NCBI GenBank assembly: GCA_963799485.1
Contig: CAWCXJ010000006.1
Location: 672,001-736,000 of the forward strand
Length of the DNA stretch: 64,000 nt
Source: an uncultured Trueperaceae bacterium
Lineage (GTDB): Bacteria > Deinococcota > Deinococci > Deinococcales > Trueperaceae
Reading direction: 5' to 3'
The notes beneath the pieces were generated by a model. That model did not search any database. It saw only the letters and a list, made by a program, of their open reading frames with translations, and had not been told where the DNA came from. Position numbers and translations under genes: made by a program. Shown here piece by piece: positions 10,945-20,652 of the stretch; the first letter of the stretch is position 1, and every line of letters begins with the position of its first letter.

Positions 10945-11587
10945 GCACCGCACCGAACGCTTTTATGTCCGGCACAGTCCCATACCCTGCGCCCGGTTCG
11001 TTCCCCAGATAGACGGCTCGCATTCCACATGCCAAAGCACCTTTGACGTCGGCCTCCAAATTGTCCCCGACCATCAATGTCTCGTCCGGTTCTGTTCCCA
11101 GCGCCTCACACGCAAGTCGAAAGATGCGCGGCTTGGGTTTACGCACCGCGACGTCGGCGTCGCCCGAGACCAAAATGCGTTTGAAATAGCCCCCCAGCCC
11201 CACCGCCTGAACTGCGGCACGCTGCATATCGGTGGGACCGTTGGTCAGTAAGGCGCAGGGGAGAGCTTTTTGGCGGCAGAGTGCAAGAACGTCTGCTGCT
11301 CCCGGGAGCAGCGCCATCTGTGAAGCATACGCGCTCAGCGCTTGCCTGACCAAATGTTCCAGGTCATCCGGAGGACGCTGCTCGAGTATCTCCAAAACCT
11401 CTTGTACCGCGCTGCAAAGCGTAATTTGACCTTCGCGGCGTAGTGCTTCAGAAAGTGCTTCTGCAAAATTTGCCAAGTCGCACTGCACCAGCATCAAATC
11501 AGTGCGGAGGCTGCCGGTAAACCCCTGAAAATCGCCCGTAAAGCGCGCCAGCGTCCCGTCAAAGTCGAAGCAGACGGCCCTGATCAC
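10898..11587 (-). CDS. HAD-superfamily hydrolase
   Basis: FDFDGTL, LLTNG, KPKPRIF, MVGDNLEADV. Confidence 0.9.
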   Translation of the reverse strand: MIRAVCFDFDGTLARFTGDFQGFTGSLRTDLMLVQCDLANFAEALSEALRREGQITLCSAVQEVLEILEQRPPDDLEHLVRQALSAYASQMALLPGAADVLALCRQKALPCALLTNGPTDMQRAAVQAVGLGGYFKRILVSGDADVAVRKPKPRIFRLACEALGTEPDETLMVGDNLEADVKGALACGMRAVYLGNEPGAGYGTVPDIKAFGAVLTQLSTRLQAPPRGF

Positions 11588-11595
11588 CGGTCAGC

Positions 11596-12579
11596 TCACC
11601 AACGCTGATGCACCTGCGGCGCAATCTTCTCGTCGTAAACGGCTTTGACTTTCGCCATCGTTTCGTCCGAAAGCGCCGGCAGGTCGGCGGCTGCGGCGTT
11701 GTCCTGAACCTGTTGCGGATTTTTGCCGCCCGGAATCGCGCAGGTCACTGCGCCAAACATCAAAATCCAGCGGAGCGCAAACTGCACCAAGCTCATCCCT
11801 TCGGGGACGAGTGCCCGGAGTTCGTCTACCGCTGCCAAGCCGGTGTCAAAGTCCACGCCGGAAAACGTCTCACCCTGGTCGAACGCTTCGCCGTGCCGGT
11901 TGTAGTTGCGGTGGTCGTTTTCGGCAAAACTGCTGTTTTTGCTCATCTTGCCGGTCAAAAGGCCGCTGGCGAGAGGAACTCTCGCCAAGATCCCGACATC
12001 TTTGGCTTGCGCTTCGCGGAAAAACAGTTCGGCGGGGCGTTGCCGGAAGATATTGAAGATAATCTGCACCGATGCGACGCCGGGGTATGCTACGGCCTTA
12101 AGCGCCTCCTCGACTTTTTCCACACTGACGCCGTAGTGCTGAATCAGCCCTTCGGACTTCAAATCGTCCAGCGCGCCGAAAACCTCGGGTCGGTAATAGA
12201 CCTCGGTCGGCGGACAGTGAAGCTGCAACAGCTCGAGCGAATCGGTCTCCAAGTTTTTCAAGCTGCGTTCGGCAAACGCCCGCAGATTCTCGGCGTTGTA
12301 ACCGTCCGCCGTGTGCGGGTCTAGACGGCGACCGGCTTTGGTCGGGATGATGAGCGTTTCACTCGTCTCACGTTTGAGCCGCGCCAGCAGGCGCTCACTG
12401 CGTCCGTCGCCGTAAACATCAGCCGTGTCGAACAAATTGATACCTTCATCGACCGCCGTATGAAGCGCCCGGAGTGCGTCGTCTTCCGAGACCTCGCCCC
12501 AGTCCGAACCGATGGCCCAAGCGCCGAAACTGACCGCCGAAACCTCGAACCCCGTCTTGCCGAGTTTGCGTGTGTGCAT
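11596..12579 (-). CDS. Aldo/keto reductase
   Basis: FDTADVYGDGRSE, LLQLH, ARVPLASGLLTGK, AIPG. Confidence 0.92.
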   Translation of the reverse strand: MHTRKLGKTGFEVSAVSFGAWAIGSDWGEVSEDDALRALHTAVDEGINLFDTADVYGDGRSERLLARLKRETSETLIIPTKAGRRLDPHTADGYNAENLRAFAERSLKNLETDSLELLQLHCPPTEVYYRPEVFGALDDLKSEGLIQHYGVSVEKVEEALKAVAYPGVASVQIIFNIFRQRPAELFFREAQAKDVGILARVPLASGLLTGKMSKNSSFAENDHRNYNRHGEAFDQGETFSGVDFDTGLAAVDELRALVPEGMSLVQFALRWILMFGAVTCAIPGGKNPQQVQDNAAAADLPALSDETMAKVKAVYDEKIAPQVHQRW

Positions 12580-12649
12580 AGTGATGCCTCCGCCGTTACG
12601 CTAACACCTCGGCGTCTCCTTGATAACGACCAAACGCTTTTGCAGGTGA

Positions 12650-13320
12650 CTAACCCGGTTTGGCCTGCGTTTGTGCGTCTATGCGAGCACGTTCACGCCC
12701 GGCGGCAAACTTTTTACGGTGGTAACGAATCCAAAAACTGATGCCGATACCGCCTAAAAGCCACGGCGAGGCCCAGACTGTCCACTCGAGCCCCGCCGGC
12801 AGCCTCGGCCCGACGTTTTGCACCATAAACGCCGTAACTGCCGCCAGATACGAACTCACCATGCGCTCCAAGTGATACGCCCACCACCTCAGGTCGGGAT
12901 TTGGGCGGCGAAAGCTAAGGTCGTCTAAAGCATTACCGAGAACCACGCCGAAGACGATGCCAAGCACTGAAAAAGCTGTAGACGCGCAAGAGGTCGAGGT
13001 GTTGCCGACACTAAATCCCAACAGCGGCAGCGCCCCCAGACGACAAGGCCGACGCCCGCGAAGAGCGCGACAGTTGCCCCGACCCAATCGAGCCGCGCGG
13101 CGCGTTCACCGTGTTCGGGACGCTTGCGCCGGAGCGAGCGCACGCCCGAAAATGCGCCGTAAAAACTCAAACTCGAGATGATAAACAAAACACGTTCGGC
13201 CTGAAGAAAAGAATCGCCAGAGCAGTAACGAAAATCACGAACATCGCCCAGAAGTAGACGCGTCCCTAGCGGCGGTGGGCGGTTCCGTCTTTTTGCGCCG
13301 GCATGGCGACGGGCGTGGTG
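12650..13320 (-). pseudogene. Degraded DUF2306-like membrane protein
   Basis: Pieces in several frames: AQKDGTAHRR*GRVYFWAM, SFYGAFSGVRSL, WWAYHLERMVSSYLAAVTAFMVQN. Nonsense codon, frameshifts, 5' end lost. Confidence 0.7.
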
Positions 13321-13564
13321 CGGGTACGCTTGTTTGCGGAGTCTAATCAATCATCTGCGAAATAAGGAAAAATATGGCGGGTTTTACTGTCTAGGACAAC
13401 AAATCTCGCGTTCAGCCGGATATGATGCAAGTTTTCTTGTTCAGGACGTGATAATTAGCGGTTTTTTAGCTTATTACGCAGACTATCTAATAGGGATGCG
13501 GGAGCGCCTGGAGATTCTGGGTGGACGGCTCGAGCCGGGTTGCGTCTAGCGGTAAAGTGCAAAT

Positions 13565-13732
13565 ATGACCGTGATAGTAGACAACCTAGCTAAAACGTTT
13601 TTAGAGTTTTGGGCGCTGGCGAAAAACAGACCGGTTGCCGAGCAGACTGCCTTGTGGGAAACGCACTACGCCTAACCTCACCGTAAAATTATGAATTACG
13701 AAAAGCACTGCAACGACCTGGAGCTGCCTTAA
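13565..13732 (+). pseudogene. Short 5' gene remnant of unknown family
   Basis: TAAAGT-N6-ATG start; MTVIVDNLAKTFLEFWALAKNRPVAEQTALWETHYA*PHRK with internal TAA at 13673. Confidence 0.4.
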
Positions 13733-13835
13733 ATGATAGCTTTTTCGCTCGAGCTTTCAGACTGCCGTAGAAAGATATAAGGGTGACGCTCCACCTTCTT
13801 TTCTACTTTCCCCGGCACCTGAGGCGGCGCGCGCC

Positions 13836-14615
13836 GTGAACGTCCTGGCGGTTATCCAAGACGACGCCCAGGCAGCAGAACTCGCGGACCGCTTTTACAA
13901 ACGCCTCGGCGACGCGCTGAGCTTCCGGCGCAGCGTCAGCGGCAAGCGTGCGCTCGAGCTGCTCCAAACGCTCTCTATCGACCTGATTATCTGCGCGCGT
14001 GAAACGTCCGACCTCGCCGGTCTCGAGGTGCTTAAAGCGGTGCGTAAAGAGTGCGAGATCGCCGTAATCCTGCTCGACCGAAGCGTCTCGTCGCGCTTTT
14101 CGCCGGGACCTTTCGACGCCATTCTAGATACCCAGGCCCACCCCGCCGACGTCCTCGAGGCCGCCTTCAGCTTGCTCGTCGCGAGCGGTCGGCTTGAAGA
14201 TGCGCGCCGTCCACAAAGTATTCCCGGGAGCGGCCGCTCAGGCCGCGACGCCAAGGTCGGCAGCACCAAGGTCGGCGGCACCCTGGAAGTTGTCTCTCTC
14301 TTCGACCTCGTGCTGCTCTTGACACAAAAGCACAGTACCGGCAAACTCTACTTGCTGCTCGGTCAGGTCGAGGCGATGTTCGTGTTTCAAGGGGGTGGGC
14401 TCGTTCACGCCGAATACAGCGAACTTACCGGCGAGGCGGCGGTGATGAAGATATTCCGGGAAGCCGAACTGCGTCCCGACGCCGAGTTCTTTTTCGAGCC
14501 GTCACCGCACAAACTGCCCCCCGGCGGCGTGACGGTTCACAGCTCGGTGCAGGAGATCTTGCTCAAGGTCGCTGTCGGACTAGACCGGCAGCGTGAACCT
14601 GCAAGCGGTCTGTAG
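13836..14615 (+). CDS. Pseudo-receiver plus DUF4388 (PatA_N-like) domain protein
   Basis: Receiver-like N terminus (DLIICARE..GLEVL); C-terminal GTLEVVSLFDLVLLL..STGKLYL..GGLVHAEY..GEAAV. Confidence 0.75.
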   Translation: MNVLAVIQDDAQAAELADRFYKRLGDALSFRRSVSGKRALELLQTLSIDLIICARETSDLAGLEVLKAVRKECEIAVILLDRSVSSRFSPGPFDAILDTQAHPADVLEAAFSLLVASGRLEDARRPQSIPGSGRSGRDAKVGSTKVGGTLEVVSLFDLVLLLTQKHSTGKLYLLLGQVEAMFVFQGGGLVHAEYSELTGEAAVMKIFREAELRPDAEFFFEPSPHKLPPGGVTVHSSVQEILLKVAVGLDRQREPASGL

Positions 14616-14648
14616 AGCGGGCGCGCCGACGCTCGCCCAGCTGCTTGT

Positions 14649-14930
14649 CTCCCTGAGCTTTTAGAAGTCCTCGACCGCGCCGTAACAACCGTCGCGGTAG
14701 ACGCCGCCGGTACCTAAAAGCTTGCCTGGGCTATCCGAGAACACCATACCGATTACGTTTTAGCCCTCACAGGTAATTACCGGCATCTGCTTGCGGGTGG
14801 CGTAGGGTACGCGGGGACTAGAAACCAGTACTTGACGTTAAATCGACTTGAACCAGAAACGTCGCTTAAAGCCGGTGTCAAGGCCAAACGTATGAGAGTA
14901 GGCGACGACTGCCTACGCAAAGTTCTCTAG
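14649..14930 (+). mobile_element. Highly degraded ISAs1-family transposase remnant
   Basis: LPELLEVLDRAVTTVAVDAAGT*KLAWAIREHHTDYVLALTGN resembles the ISAs1 core (ELLELLD..VTIDAMG.Q..IA..I....DYVLALKGN). C-terminal piece KAGVKAKRMR..LRKVL*. Confidence 0.65.
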
Positions 14931-15071
14931 GCGTAAGCCCTGTTCCGTGCGGCTGTGCGGTGATCACCGTATAGCCGCATAGTGTATGTATCGCCGTGGG
15001 AAGACGTCAAGGCGTTGTAAACGCAGAAAGTTAGGGTACTGCGACCCAGACCCTCACGCTAGCACGACGCC

Positions 15072-15617
15072 CTAGCGTTTCGACACCCGGCGGCTCTCCG
15101 GGTCGTAAAACCGCAGCGGCGCATCTTTCCAGGCTCCGGCGTAGTCGACGCCGATGCGGGACGTCGCAACGACTTGGCTCGGGGGCGTCCCCTCGGTGAG
15201 GATCAGCGGCGTTCGGGTGAGGTCGTGGCGGTTATAGTCTCTCGTTAGGCCCAGCGCGCGCGTCAGTTTGCCGGGGCCGTCGGTCTTGCCCGTAATGTTG
15301 GCGAGCGGCTCGCCTGCCCGGACGAGGACGCCTTGCGCGTCGCCGTCCTCGCCGGTGACGACGTTAAAGAGTTCATACACGCCGTAAATCAAGTACAGGT
15401 AAGCCCGTCCCGGCGGGCCGAAAAGCACCTCGGTACGCCCCGTGCGGCCCTTTGAAGCGTGACACGCGAGGTCGTGCGTACCGACGTAGGCTTCGGTTTC
15501 GACGATGCGGAGGCGCTTATCGGCAAACACGAGCGTTTTGCCGATAAGCGCTCTGGCGACAGTTTCGGCGTCCCTGCCGTAAAACGAAGTGGGTAGTGCA
15601 GCCACCTGTGCATTCAC
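15072..15617 (-). CDS. DNA-3-methyladenine glycosylase (MPG/AAG family)
   Basis: IVETEAY, DLACH, YLYLIYG, GPGKLTRALG, RIGVDYAG..PLRF. Confidence 0.93.
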   Translation of the reverse strand: MNAQVAALPTSFYGRDAETVARALIGKTLVFADKRLRIVETEAYVGTHDLACHASKGRTGRTEVLFGPPGRAYLYLIYGVYELFNVVTGEDGDAQGVLVRAGEPLANITGKTDGPGKLTRALGLTRDYNRHDLTRTPLILTEGTPPSQVVATSRIGVDYAGAWKDAPLRFYDPESRRVSKR

Positions 15618-15645
15618 CCTTTCAGCTTACCCATATAGTACGGAC

Positions 15646-16242
15646 ATGAGCGCTACAAATACTGTTATAAATATTGCCGTACTGCTTTACAACGGGGTCG
15701 CCGACCTCGACGCGCTGGGCGTTTACGGCGTCCTGGGCGCTGCCAAAACCGCACTTCCCGAGGACGCGCTCGAGCTCTACACGGTGGCCCGCTCCCGTAT
15801 GTCGGTGACGACAGCGGGCGGCCTTATCGTAACGCCGCACTGGGCGTTTATGAGCGCGCCGCCGCCGGGCGTCCTTATCGTACCGGGCGGTGACGTCGAT
15901 ACGGTTAAAAAAGACCGGGCGGTGATGGCGTATCTGACGGAACACGCGCCGGCGGTGCGCTGCTGTGTGGCGGTCGGTACCGGCGCTTTTTTGCTGGGCG
16001 AGCTGGGGCTGGTGCGTGACATGGACGCTACGACCTGGGCGGGGGCGTTAGAAAGGCTCCGCGATTATGAGGTGGGCGAAATTGTCGGTGCGCCGGTCGT
16101 AAAAAATCAGCTCGGCGACAAAGCCCGCTGGTTTGCCGGGGGTGGGGAGAAGAGCTTGGTCGTCGGTTTGGAACTGTTGCGACATCTGTTCGGTAGGGAT
16201 GTGGCTGAAGTGGTGGGGGAGAGGCTCGAGCTCACCCGCTAA
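15646..16242 (+). CDS. DJ-1/PfpI-family protein (catalytic Cys replaced by Gly)
   Basis: IAVLLYNGVADLDALG, LIVPGG, AVGTGAFLLG, ATTW; start chosen from TATAGT-N6-ATG. Confidence 0.8.
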   Translation: MSATNTVINIAVLLYNGVADLDALGVYGVLGAAKTALPEDALELYTVARSRMSVTTAGGLIVTPHWAFMSAPPPGVLIVPGGDVDTVKKDRAVMAYLTEHAPAVRCCVAVGTGAFLLGELGLVRDMDATTWAGALERLRDYEVGEIVGAPVVKNQLGDKARWFAGGGEKSLVVGLELLRHLFGRDVAEVVGERLELTR

Positions 16243-16257
16243 GCTTATAGTGCAGTT

Positions 16258-16920
16258 ATGGACGACATTCTCATTTTCGACGTCAACGAAACCCTGCTGG
16301 ATTTAGGGGCGTTAGACCCACACTTCGAACGCGTCTTCGGCGACGCCGGGGTACGCACCGAGTGGTTTGAAACGATGATTCAGTCGGCGCTGCTCGGCAT
16401 TGTTACAGACACCTATCACGATTTTGGGGCGGTGGCAAAGGGGGCGCTGGAGAGCACTGCGGCCCGCAAAAACCTGACCCTTACGGACGCCGACAAAAGC
16501 GCGATTTTGGGGCAGATTCGCAAGCTGCCGCCGCACCCGGACGTCGCCGAAGGACTGTCCCTTTTACAAAATGCCGGAGTACGGCTGGCGACCCTGACGA
16601 ACTCGACTTTGAACGTGGCGCTGGCGCAGCTCGGCTACGCCGGACTTACAGGTTACTTCGAGCGCATCTTTTCTGCCGATACCGTAAAACGCCTTAAACC
16701 TGCCGCTGAGCCTTACCAACATGTAGCCGCCGAGTTGGGTGTACCGACCTCGAGGCTGAGGCTTATTGCGGCGCACGCGTGGGATGTGGCGGGTGCAAAA
16801 CGTGCAGGGTACAAAACGGCGTTCGTAGCGCGGCCCGGTAAAGTGCTGGGGCCGTTGGCGTTGCAACCGGATATGGTGGGGAACGATGTTCTCGAGGTCG
16901 CCCGGAAACTCCTGGCTTAA
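16258..16920 (+). CDS. Haloacid dehalogenase type II
   Basis: FDVNETLLD, LTNS, KPAAEPY, AAHAWDVAGA. Confidence 0.9.
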   Translation: MDDILIFDVNETLLDLGALDPHFERVFGDAGVRTEWFETMIQSALLGIVTDTYHDFGAVAKGALESTAARKNLTLTDADKSAILGQIRKLPPHPDVAEGLSLLQNAGVRLATLTNSTLNVALAQLGYAGLTGYFERIFSADTVKRLKPAAEPYQHVAAELGVPTSRLRLIAAHAWDVAGAKRAGYKTAFVARPGKVLGPLALQPDMVGNDVLEVARKLLA

Positions 16921-17276
16921 GCAGCTTGGCTAGTCCGGTTTGACTGGTTGGGCCGCCCGGCGCGTCCGAACGTCTTGCCGACGCGTTCTTGCTTACACTG
17001 CCACAAAAGATTGCTCCGGTTGGCCTTACGGAGTTCGCTTCAAACAGGGTGGGCGTGCCTAGTGGGTGCCCGCCGGGGGGTACCTGCTACGACGAGGGCT
17101 TCAACTAGGTGCGTCAAATGTCATCACCCCTTAAAAAAGCCGGCTGTCGGTTGCGGCGCTTGCCGCGCTGAATTCTTTTTGGGTCGGGCCGATCGGGTTC
17201 AGGGTGCGGGTCTGGTTTTGGTTTTGCCAACATAGCCTGAAAGGGTATGCCCGCGACAGCTTTTCGTCAGCCGGTT

Positions 17277-17819
17277 TTAGGCCGATGTCTGCGCCGAAGG
17301 AATTGCGGCGGTCTCGAAGAGCAGTTTCTCGGCTTCACCCGGCGTGTCGAGCCGGTAGAGCGTAAGCTGCGGCGGCACCTCGGCAAAACGTATTGCGTAA
17401 CGCCTGCGCTGCCGCCAGTGCGTCTTGAAAAACCACAAAAAGATTGAATCGCAGCTAAAAAATGCTTTGTGGACGGTTTCGGTATTGCCGTTCCAGAGCG
17501 CTTCACGTGTGAACGCACGGCGACAGGTGCGCCGAAAAAGTCGCCAGAGTTTGGTACCGAAACTGTAATCGAGCCAGATGACGGTATCGGCGTGGGCCAA
17601 AATAAACGGTTGCACCTCGCTGTAGTTACCGTCTACGACCCAGCGTTCAGCCTGTAGCGCCTCTTTGACTCGCACTGCAAAGTCCGCTGCAGGTGTCCAG
17701 TCGGCACGCCAGTAAAACGAATCGAGTTCGGTAAAAGTCACCTCGAGCTTTTTAGCGAGCGCCTTGCCGAACGTCGTTTTGCCTGCGCCGGTGGTTCCGA
17801 TGACGACAACGCGCTGCAT
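17277..17819 (-). CDS. Adenylate-kinase-like P-loop protein (topology-modulation/FlaR-like)
   Basis: MQRVVVIGTTGAGKTT, ELDSFYW, WVVDGNY, ADTVIWLD, LWNGNTE. Confidence 0.85.
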   Translation of the reverse strand: MQRVVVIGTTGAGKTTFGKALAKKLEVTFTELDSFYWRADWTPAADFAVRVKEALQAERWVVDGNYSEVQPFILAHADTVIWLDYSFGTKLWRLFRRTCRRAFTREALWNGNTETVHKAFFSCDSIFLWFFKTHWRQRRRYAIRFAEVPPQLTLYRLDTPGEAEKLLFETAAIPSAQTSA

Positions 17820-17820
17820 C

Positions 17821-18726
17821 CTAGAAAACGTAGACGCCGGGCTCGAGCCCCACCGTCGCCGCCTCGGGTTCGTCGCCCTCTTCGTCCGTTTTCCAGGCAC
17901 ACGCCAGATTGCGACTATTAAACCCAAACCCGATTTTACGGTCGTGGGTCACGCAGATAAGGCCGCCGCTGCCGCCGAAGTGGACGACTTCTGTGAGGGC
18001 GTTTGTCAAGATTTCTTTTAAGTTACCGCCGACCCGGTAGCGCTCCGCCACCGTCTTGGCGGTTACGGCCCGCATAAACGCCTCACCCTTACCCGTACAA
18101 GACACCGCCACCACCCGGTCGGCGTAGGTACCCACACCGATAAGCGGCGTATCGCCGACTCGTCCGGGCCACTTGCCGAGCATTCCGCCGGTGCTCGTCG
18201 CGGCGGCGAGTCGGTCCTGTTTGTCGCGGACGACTGCACCCACGGTAGCCGAGTTGGCGGGTTCGCCCGCGTCTTTTTTCCACGCCGCGTAAGCAGCGCG
18301 TGTCCGTTCGGTGAGTAGCGCGGCGTTGTCCGTATTGTCGGGGAATGTTTCGGCGAAGGCGTCCGCTCCGGCTCCGACAAGAAAGACGTGGGGCGTCCCC
18401 AACCTCACCCGCTCAGCGAGCAAGACAGGATTTTTCGCCCGCGTCACCGCGCCGACAGCCCCGGCAGAACCGTCCCAACCCGCCGCCACCGCCGCGTCGC
18501 ACTCGACCACACCATCACGGTTCGGCGACCCGCCCGTTCCGGCGTTAAAGGCTTCGGCGTTGTTTTCCATCAGCGTTATGGCGACGAGCGCAGCGTTTAC
18601 GGCGTCGGCCCCGTTCATGAGTGCGGCAAAGCCTGCGTCTCTCGCCTCGCGGAGACCCGCTTCATAGGCGTCTCGGTCGCTCGCCTCGATATTTCCTGCA
18701 CCGCCGTGAATAAGAATCGTTGCCAT
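17821..18726 (-). CDS. iaaA: Isoaspartyl peptidase/L-asparaginase (Ntn hydrolase)
   Basis: IHGGAG, FNAGTG, autocleavage TVGAV, TSTGG, GRVGDTP, SCTGKGE. Confidence 0.9.
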   Translation of the reverse strand: MATILIHGGAGNIEASDRDAYEAGLREARDAGFAALMNGADAVNAALVAITLMENNAEAFNAGTGGSPNRDGVVECDAAVAAGWDGSAGAVGAVTRAKNPVLLAERVRLGTPHVFLVGAGADAFAETFPDNTDNAALLTERTRAAYAAWKKDAGEPANSATVGAVVRDKQDRLAAATSTGGMLGKWPGRVGDTPLIGVGTYADRVVAVSCTGKGEAFMRAVTAKTVAERYRVGGNLKEILTNALTEVVHFGGSGGLICVTHDRKIGFGFNSRNLACAWKTDEEGDEPEAATVGLEPGVYVF

Positions 18727-18945
18727 AAACTATCTAACCACGCGCCTGGTAAGGCGTGAAACTACCCGCAGAATAGTAGTTGTAAAGGCTTGCCGCTACC
18801 GGCGTGCATTTTACGGCGTGTGCTATTATCCCGGCGTGGCCCAAACCAGAGGCGACCTGCTACGGCCTACAAAGGGGCCCGAGCAGGTAGACTGGGCGGT
18901 AATGATTACCAAAACGGTCAAAGAGCTCTCATCGGGGACGCCACG

Positions 18946-19497
18946 ATGAAAACACGCGGAACACGCAGCGGTATCTTGCTGAGTCTGGACGCCAAGGATA
19001 CCGCCGAGAGTATCCGGCAGGGCGTTCAAAAAGAATTACTGTCCGGCAAGGTGTTTGTCGAACTTGCTGAGCGCACCCCGTGGGAAACACTTAAAGGACT
19101 CGAGGCCCTTATTACCGACGCCGGGGGCACGCTCGCCGAGGTTAGACCGCCGGGCGCGGTAGTGCAGGCCAAGGGCGAAACGCAGATCGTCGCCCGCACC
19201 GTGCGAAGCGGAGGCCGCGTCGAATCGCGCGGTTCGGCGATTGTCATCGGCGACGTCAACGCCGGAGCCGAAGTCATTGCCGAAGATGACATTATCGTTT
19301 TGGGTACGCTCCGGGGGATCGCCCATGCAGGTGCGGACGGCAACGAAAACGCCTTTATCTGGGCGCAACAGGTCAAATCCAAACAGCTCCGCATCGCCGG
19401 GGCGTTGGCGCAAGCAGGCGGCGACAGCAAAACCGTCTCCGGACCGGAGGTCGCGCAGCTGCATAACGGTCAGATTATCCTGCGCCCCTGGGATTAA
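18946..19497 (+). CDS. minC: Septum site-determining protein MinC
   Basis: RTVRSGGRVE..IVIGDVNAGAEVIA..IIVLGTLRGIAHAG..QLRIA..PEVA. Confidence 0.9.
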   Translation: MKTRGTRSGILLSLDAKDTAESIRQGVQKELLSGKVFVELAERTPWETLKGLEALITDAGGTLAEVRPPGAVVQAKGETQIVARTVRSGGRVESRGSAIVIGDVNAGAEVIAEDDIIVLGTLRGIAHAGADGNENAFIWAQQVKSKQLRIAGALAQAGGDSKTVSGPEVAQLHNGQIILRPWD

Positions 19498-19677
19498 CTA
19501 AGTCCCTGGTACTAACTAAAATGCACACCGAGTTCTCCTTTGAGCGGGGCAAAACGTCTGTGGACTTTCGGCAATATGCGAAGCCGTTCTGGCTGCAGCG
19601 TTGTTGGTAACTAAAAGTATAGGTCATCGCCTACAAACCGCGAGAATACGAGCAGCGAGTCGGCAACACGCCAAGGT

Positions 19678-20652
19678 TTACGGCACGGGTGCGCCGCGTG
19701 CCGCTTCCATCAGGGCAAACCATTCGGCGCGCTCGAGTGTTACTTCGTCGGCCTTGACCGAATCGGCGATCCGCGACGCCTTGTGCGTCCCTAAAATCGG
19801 CTGAATCCCTGCCGGGTGCCGTAACAGCCAGCCGAGGGCGATGGCTTCTTTGGTGGTGTTTTTCTGCTCTGCCAGCTCTGCAATCAGCTTGGCAACCGCG
19901 TGAACGTTTTCGGGCTCGTCCGGGCCGGGGTTAAAAAGCCGTCCGCCCGCCACCGGCGACCACGCCTGTACGGTGATGTCGTGTAGGCGGCAATACTCCA
20001 AAACGCTCTGTGTGTTGGCAAAGGGTGCCGTAGGCAAATTGACCAAAACGCCGTTACCGATCATGTACGAATGGAGGAGGTTGAGCTCGAGCTGGTTGAC
20101 CACCAGCGGCAAGTCCAAAGCTTTCTTGAGCAGTTCGATCTGCAAGGGGCTGTGGTTACTCACGCCGAAATAACGCACCATGCCGTTTTTATGGAGGTGC
20201 TCGGCGGCTTTCGCAACCTCTTCGGGTTCGACGAGCGGGTCGGGGCGGTGAAACGCGAGCAGATCCACGTAATCGGTACCGAGGCGTTTAAGGCTTCCCG
20301 CGACGACCTTGATAAGATGCTCCGACGAAAAATCGTAGCGTCCCGGTGGGCCGTAATCGGGGTCGGAACCGACGATAATTCCGGCTTTTTCCTGCAACAC
20401 GAGCTTTTCACGCAACCCTGGATTTTGCTTGAGGGCGTAACCGATCACTTCGTCGGATTTGCCGAGCGTGTAGATGTCGGCCAGGTCTATGTGGTTGATC
20501 CCGTGTTCATACGCTGCGGTCAAAAGCTCGTTCGCACGGTCTTTGATGTCTTGCGTTGCCGGGGTTTTGTCCCAGGTGCCGCCGATATGCCAGGTGCCGA
20601 AGGCGATACGGCTGACCGTAAGGTCGGTGTTGGCTAAGGTGTACGTTTTCAT
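19678..20652 (-). CDS. Aldo/keto reductase (YdhF-like)
   Basis: IDLADIY, LAFHRPDPL, FGVSNH, WSPVAGG, WLLRHPA. Confidence 0.9.
   Translation of the reverse strand: MKTYTLANTDLTVSRIAFGTWHIGGTWDKTPATQDIKDRANELLTAAYEHGINHIDLADIYTLGKSDEVIGYALKQNPGLREKLVLQEKAGIIVGSDPDYGPPGRYDFSSEHLIKVVAGSLKRLGTDYVDLLAFHRPDPLVEPEEVAKAAEHLHKNGMVRYFGVSNHSPLQIELLKKALDLPLVVNQLELNLLHSYMIGNGVLVNLPTAPFANTQSVLEYCRLHDITVQAWSPVAGGRLFNPGPDEPENVHAVAKLIAELAEQKNTTKEAIALGWLLRHPAGIQPILGTHKASRIADSVKADEVTLERAEWFALMEAARGAPVP

Noticed and set aside
16948..17235. 95-aa plus-strand ORF with three CxxC motifs
   Set aside because: TTG start with no RBS or promoter and atypical composition; the CxxC pattern may be chance
18946..19497. minC without adjacent minD/minE
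   Set aside because: Separation of minC from minDE is known in Deinococcus-type genomes
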